A stretch of DNA of 64,000 nt from Macrostomum lignano (lineage: Eukaryota): the NCBI GenBank assembly GCA_002269645.1, contig NIVC01003456.1:1-64000 (forward strand). The letters are read 5' to 3'. The notes below the pieces were generated by a model. It did no database searches. It was not told where the DNA came from and saw only the letters and a list, made by a program, of their open reading frames with translations. The translations under genes were made by a program, and so were the position numbers. Below, piece by piece: positions 57,928 to 64,000 of this stretch (positions within the stretch are counted from its first letter, which is position 1; each line of letters begins with the position of its first letter).

Positions 57928-58603
57928 GACGGGCGGAAAAATGGCTTGGTATTCCTACTGTTAATGCATCACTAAGGACTAGGGGCCTTAGGCTACAGGC
58001 ATAGTGCTGTCATATCTACTTTTCTAAACCATGCCACAGTAAAAATTGAAAGCCATTATATTGTAATCTACACAAATCAAAATACCCTGCCAGCTACCAA
58101 AAATCAATTTTAGATACTATGCCAATGCAACATTGCAATGAAATCACTGGCCATGCTGTACACAACCTCCAATTTTGAACAAAGTCTTGTTCAAAAGAAA
58201 CAAGCAGAACTTCAATTCAAACACTTTAAGAAATATCAGCCCTTGCGGAAATTCAATTCAAACAGAGTCCTTTTCTATTGAAACAGAAGAACTTCAATTC
58301 AGACTGTTTGTGGCCAAAATTGTCCTTGAGTGATGCGCATGCACAGATTTGAAATTCAAAAGAAACAAAGTCACACTCTATTTCAACACAGGGATAAAAC
58401 ATAGCATATCGATAAATATAAGAGTAAAATGAAAAACAGGAACAAGACAGTGTTAGTTGGCCAACTTGAGACACCTAACCATCAATTGCCTGTCTACCAA
58501 TGCAGCGAGGTACGTATGTAAACACATGGTTTAATCACTCAGTGCATTTGTCTATAGAGATGCAGCCAATAGTTCTGTCCACCATGTTGTATAGAATATC
58601 TCA

Positions 58604-58942
58604 CTAATAGGCCGCCATTGACTGATTCCCATGCTGCTTAGCTATTGGAGTGATGAAATTTTGCTGGTCTGCTGCCAGTTTTCTCTTCAGAGTGTCCTTC
58701 CAACAGGAGATTGAGTTCTCCACAGGAATCAAAAATGGACTGTATGGTAGAAGCCACTTGACCTGAATGGTGTCCAGAATCTCATAGGCTGCTTTTCCGC
58801 TCTCCCTGACCTCACAATCGTGTTTGCTGTTGTCTTCTTGACTCCAAGTTGGCGCACCAGTTCCACAAGTCATCCCCAAACAATCAGTAGCCCTGATGAT
58901 ACAGTCTCTGTCACTGTTGCTTAAACAATAGTGCACTGCCAA
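58604..58942 (-). mobile_element. Decayed IS630/Tc1 transposase C-terminal fragment
   Basis: WLLPYSPFLIPVENSISCWKDTLKRKL resembles QLPPYSPFLNPVEAAHFCLKAVIKQEL of the 9-10 kb element. Confidence 0.7.
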
Positions 58943-60439
58943 GACTGCTGTTCCATGATATCTTCATTGAATTCTGCTTCAAATTCATTGATTCTATCTT
59001 CTTCTAGCAATTCATTGTCTTCTTCAATCTGATCTTACAGCATTCATATCATTTCTTGTTGTGCAATGACTGTACAGTTATGCAGTATAGGGAAAACAAA
59101 AAAGTTAGATTAATGTACTAAAATGTACTTGTACCTATGTGCAAAAATCTCTGTCAAAATAGAATATGATTTTGTTTCTTTTGAATTTCTTTGGTAGACA
59201 CTGGAAATTCTGACACCGTAAATTACTGTGTCATTTTGTTGAGCTGATTACTAGCAGTAAGGTAGATGTTGCCACCACCGTAATTTACATATTATGGAAC
59301 GTTGAAGTCTCAAACTTTCTTTGAGTTGAGAACTTTGGGTTGTTTTATGCCCCATGGGCAAATGACTCAAAATAAAGCTATAGGTTAATATACGAACAGT
59401 TGATTATTAATTTGCTGTTTATTATTGCTATCAAACAAATAGCTAAAATATTAGAGAATGAATTGAGATGGCCTCGACTAATGGGTCCAGCGTGCCAGAT
59501 GCAGGACAACTAATTAAATCTAAGTAAAGGAGGAAAAAAAGAGCACATGAAAATACGGGCTCCAAACAGCACTGTATAAATAATAATAAAATTACATCTT
59601 GCCAGAGGGTGGGACACCTGTGGATCCAGTGAATGGAAAACGATTTGCCATCTTGGAGATCTTTGACTGGCTGCTACACAAAAATATTAGAAAAAAATTA
59701 TTAAAAGGGAAATTGCATCACTTGGGGCAGTACTTGGGGCATAGCATGGAGGCCATTACATTTGATAGGGCAACGATTGGGGCATAGCATGGAGGCAATT
59801 ATATTGGATGGAGAAGCGCCTAGGCCAATTAGTGGCGTGACATCAGGAGCTCACAGTGGCAAATTTCACAAAAACTAAGCAAATTAACGCAAAATATTAA
59901 TATTGACCTTAAGCAAATTATTTGACAAAAATTGAAGCAAAATTAATATCCTTAAAGTAAATCATGCAAGTGAATTAATGGGGGGGATTAACAGGGAGCA
60001 ATGCACAAATTAATTTGCCAATTTGATCAATCTCACTCAGTGGTAGATGCACTACCACACTACCACCTTAAAATTCTAAGAAATTATACACTCTTAACAA
60101 AGCAAACTTATTATTTATTGTTTTTAAATATTCTGGAATATAATTGTTTGTAAAACATGGTTAAAAACATTTTAGAATATTCTTGCTTATTAGCGCAGCA
60201 CCTCTTGATTTTTTTTCTTGAAATTTTTAAAACTTTTCAATTTGGACTGTTCGTCTGCGGGGCAGTCCAGTCAGCTGGCAGAATAATAGTCCAGTACCCA
60301 CAATTTTAGGCCCTACTAGCAATCTTTGCCCCCCCCCCCGATGGGCGACATCTTGATAGAATCTTTGTTCTTTACAAGTAACAAATAGACAGTGAAAAAA
60401 AAACTTTCATAAAAAAGCAACAAAATTGTCTCTAAAAAC

Positions 60440-60620
60440 AAAACATCCCAAGATAGCAAACATCCCCAGACAGCATTCAAGCATCGATCCCTAAAAAGCA
60501 AGCATCCCCCAGATAGCAAGCATCCCCTAGATAGCAAGAATCCCCCAGATAGCAAGCATCCCCCAGATAGCAAGGATCCCCAGATAGCAAGCATCCCCCA
60601 GATAGCAAGGATCCCCCAGA
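60440..60620. repeat. 18-bp satellite array (gcaagcatcccccagata)
   Basis: Tandem copies are directly visible. Confidence 0.9.
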
Positions 60621-61204
60621 CCCTATTGGAATAAATGTTAAAAACCCGCGGACGCGCGCTTTAGAAAAGAGTCAAACTATTTTACCGTGCTTTAGGATTA
60701 TTAGAGATGTTCCAAATGATCTGCAGTTTCGTCAAAATCAAAATTCGCTAACTTTCCAAAACCAAAATTGAAATTTCCCAAAATCATAATTCAGAAAAAC
60801 AAAGTTTAGCATGATCAACACCCACTTTTTTACTTTCAATTTACTGCTTAAGCAAAAAGTAATACATGTATATATAGTAGAAAGTAGTTTATTTTTAGTG
60901 ACTTTTTAGACAATCAAAATTTTCACTTCTAAATTTTTTTGAAATTGAAATTCGCTCTAAAAAATTCAAATTTTGGAAAATTGAAATTGAATTTTCAAAA
61001 CATCTCTAAGCTTAATAAATTACAAGTGTATAAGCCCCTTCAACAGAGGTATTATACCCATTTCCATGTATATGTATTTGCTAGAGCAGCAGCCAGTAAG
61101 AAAGGGCAGCGCGGGCGCAGGCGATGCGCCTGTGTGTGCGCTGCGCTTTAGAAAAAATTCAAAAGTGCGCCAGACACACTGTCTGCAGTTTTACAACTTT
61201 TGTT

Positions 61205-61485
61205 TGCAAGGATCCCCCAGATAGCAAGCATCCCCCAGATAGCAAGCATCTCCCAGATAGCAAGCATCCCCCAGATAGCAAACATAACCTAGATAAAAAG
61301 ACCTTATAGATATCTAGCAACCCCCTCTCAGATAGCAAGTACCCTCTACCCCCCAAAAGCAAGCATCTCCCAATAGCAGATAACCCCAGTAGCAAGCATC
61401 CCTTAGATAGCAAGCATCCCTCAGAAAGCAAGCATCCCCCTAATAGCAAGTATCCATCCTTAAATAGCAAGCATCCACCAGAGAA
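61205..61485. repeat. 18-bp satellite array (gcaagcatcccccagata)
   Basis: Tandem copies are directly visible. Confidence 0.9.
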
Positions 61486-61529
61486 CAAGTAGCTAGTGCA
61501 ACAATTTCCTTAGCTTTATAGTGGCTCCA

Positions 61530-62762
61530 TTTTGTTTGGCATGACACTTCTTTTTATGTTTGAAACGGTGGCTTTTTTATGTTTGAAATGGTGGCTCTTC
61601 TATTTTTGACATGGTAGCTCTTTAATGTTGACATGGTGGCTCTTCTGTGTTTGACATGGTGTCTCTTTTATGTTTGACATGGTGGCTCTCCTTTGTGTGA
61701 CATGGTGTCTCTTTTATGTGTTTAACATTTGACATGAAGTCACCTAGATGTTTGACATGGTGGCTGTTTAATGTTTGACATGGAGTCATGTATATGTTTG
61801 ACATGGTGGCTCTTTAATGTTCGACATGGTGGCTCTTAAATGGTTGACATGGTGGCTCTTTTATTTTTGACATGGTGGCTCTTTTATGTCTTACTTGGTA
61901 GCATTTTTATGTTTGAAATGGTGGCTCTTTTATGTTTGACATGGTGGCTCTTTTATGTTTGACATGGAGTCACATATATGTTTGACATGTTGGCTCTTTA
62001 ATGTTCGACATAGTGGCTTTTAAATGGTTGAAATGGTGGCTCTTTTATTTTTGACATGGTGGCTCTTTTATGTCTTACTTGGTAGCATTTTTATGTTTGA
62101 AATGGTGGCTCTTTTATGTTTGACATGGTGGCTCTTTAATGTTTGACATGGAGTCACATATATGTTTGACATGTTGGCTCTTTAATGTTCAACATAGTGG
62201 CTTTTAAATGGTTGAAATGGTGGCTCTTTTATTTTTGACATGGTGGCTCTTTTATGTCTTACTTGGTAGCATTTTTATGTTTGAAATGGTGGCTCTTTTA
62301 TGTTTGACATGGTGGCTCTTTAATGTTTGACATGGAGTCACATATATGTTTGACATGTTGGCTCTTTAATGTTCGACATAGTGGCTTTTAAATGGTTGAA
62401 ATGGTGGCTCTTTTATTTTTGACATGATGGCTCTTTTATGTCTTACTTGGTAGCATTTTTATGTTTGAAATGGTGGCTCTTTTATGTTTGACATGGAGTC
62501 ACATATATGTTTGACATGGTGGCTCTTTTATGTTTGATATGGTAGCTCTTTTATGCTTGACATGGTGGCTCTTTAATGTTTGAAATGGTGACTCTAATAT
62601 TTGACATGGTAGCTCTTTCATGTTTAATATGGTGGCTCTTTAATGTTTGACATGGTGGCTCTTTAATGTTTGACATGGAGTCACATATATTTTTGACATG
62701 GTAGCTCTTTTTATGTTTGACATGGTGGCTCTATTATGTTTGACATATTGGCTCTTTTATGT
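61530..62762. repeat. 23-bp satellite (tttgacatggtggctcttttatg) with ~184-bp higher-order period
   Basis: About 50 monomers. The marker variant gagtcacatatatg recurs at ~61966, 62151, 62335, 62495 and 62678. Confidence 0.93.
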
Positions 62763-62811
62763 TTAGCATTTTTGTGTTTTTAAGGTGTTTTAATAAAAAA
62801 AAATTTTGCAC

Positions 62812-62875
62812 TACTAAGATTCAAACCCAGGTTGCTAGATTAGCAGTCTAGTCTGTTCACATCGAGGCTGTCTCT
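62812..62875 (-). other. tRNA-like (Ser-GCT-type anticodon arm) remnant, possibly a SINE head
   Basis: The minus strand has CTAGA-CTGCTAA-TCTAG (5-bp stem, 7-nt loop with GCT), then CTGGG-TTTGAAT-CTTAG (T-arm-like). No acceptor stem, and the D-arm is degenerate. Confidence 0.35.
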
Positions 62876-64000
62876 TTTCAATTGGAGAACATGATTTGTG
62901 GCCCTTATAATTCAATACTTACAGCAAGTCGGGTAGAGTAAAAAGTTATGACATAATCAATTTCTTAGTTAGCCAGTATCAGTCTCAATTTAAGTTAGCA
63001 ATATTGGTTATGCAATTTCAATCAAGTCTTGTGTGCATTTCTTTGGCACTGTTTTCACCTTGTTGTGATGCAATCTATTTCAGAATCAGAATTCAAAAAG
63101 TCAGTTTTTTCTCTAGCATTCTTACATTGTATTTCAAGTCAAAAATTTTGCTTGACTTTTGCAAAAAGCATGTTTTTCAAATATTTAATCCCTTTAACAT
63201 TGAGCAATTTCTTAGCCAACATGCATGTACCATCCCAGGAAAATTTCTGATTGAATGGTGCAAATTTGAAGAAAATTGGTTTAGCAGTTTTTTCTGAAAA
63301 TAATTGCATACGGCTCATTCCATATAAGCATGGTCGTAACATGACAGGTTATTTTTACTTATAAAATGAAATCTAATAATAGAATATACTAAACCAATAT
63401 TTTAAATGAAAGATTATTTTGTCTAGAATATATTTATAGAGTTTCATATAGATATCATCATTAGTATAGATGCTATTAAACCTTAAATGACACTTATGGT
63501 CGTAACGACAGGATTTTTGACATATAGAAACTAAAAGGTAAAAGTCTTATAACATTTTTCATTTTTGATATTTTGCAATACATTTTTAAAATTTGACTAA
63601 GAACATCTTTAGAAATCATACTCTTTTATTAGAATATATAAACTCAAAAGGCAACAAAGATACAAAAGAAAAGGCAGCCTTATGGTCGTAACATTATGGT
63701 CATAACATATTTTTTTCTGTCAATTCAGTAACTTTGAGGTACTAATACATTAAAAATATAATAGATTATTTGGTCACCAATGCTTTTATCTGATGATGCA
63801 AGTACTATACTTTTATCTATAGTTTGTTTCAACCTTCAAAAGCTTTCTATTTGTTTTTAAAAGGTACAAAATCTTAATGATGTCTTTTGCTTCGAAAAAT
63901 GTCCAAATTTTTACAAAAATGACTTTTTGCCAATTGATAACATACTAATCCAACATTTTACCATTCCTTTATTCTTAGATTGTATATATTGCACAATATA

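Overview
Eukaryotic (metazoan) genomic DNA with spliceosomal GT-AG introns. The GC-rich exons, dense minisatellites and TE spectrum suggest a free-living flatworm such as Macrostomum (inference, not verified). Five host genes are all on the minus strand: a vesicular glutamate transporter (SLC17/VGLUT; 8 exons resolved, one apparent 1-nt frameshift, ends unresolved), an RBM24/RBM38 (SUP-12)-type RRM protein, a complete 6-exon LARP1, a SAXO/FAM154 ciliary microtubule protein with two RFX X-boxes upstream, and a divergent 2-exon WEE1-like kinase. Between them lie a near-intact IS630/Tc1 transposon (DD33E spacing) and a ~12 kb nest of decayed Mag-like Ty3/gypsy and non-LTR retrotransposons (11.4-23.1 kb). 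There is also a Penelope remnant with a minimal hammerhead ribozyme, a 2.3 kb non-coding Foldback-like element whose arms carry 151-bp repeats, and many tandem repeats, two of them with higher-order structure. The last ~14.6 kb is AT-rich and has no recognisable host gene. No new multi-gene system is demonstrated. The best leads are the Foldback-like element, the hammerhead, the atypical WEE1 catalytic loop and the minisatellite-supplied LARP1 splice acceptors.
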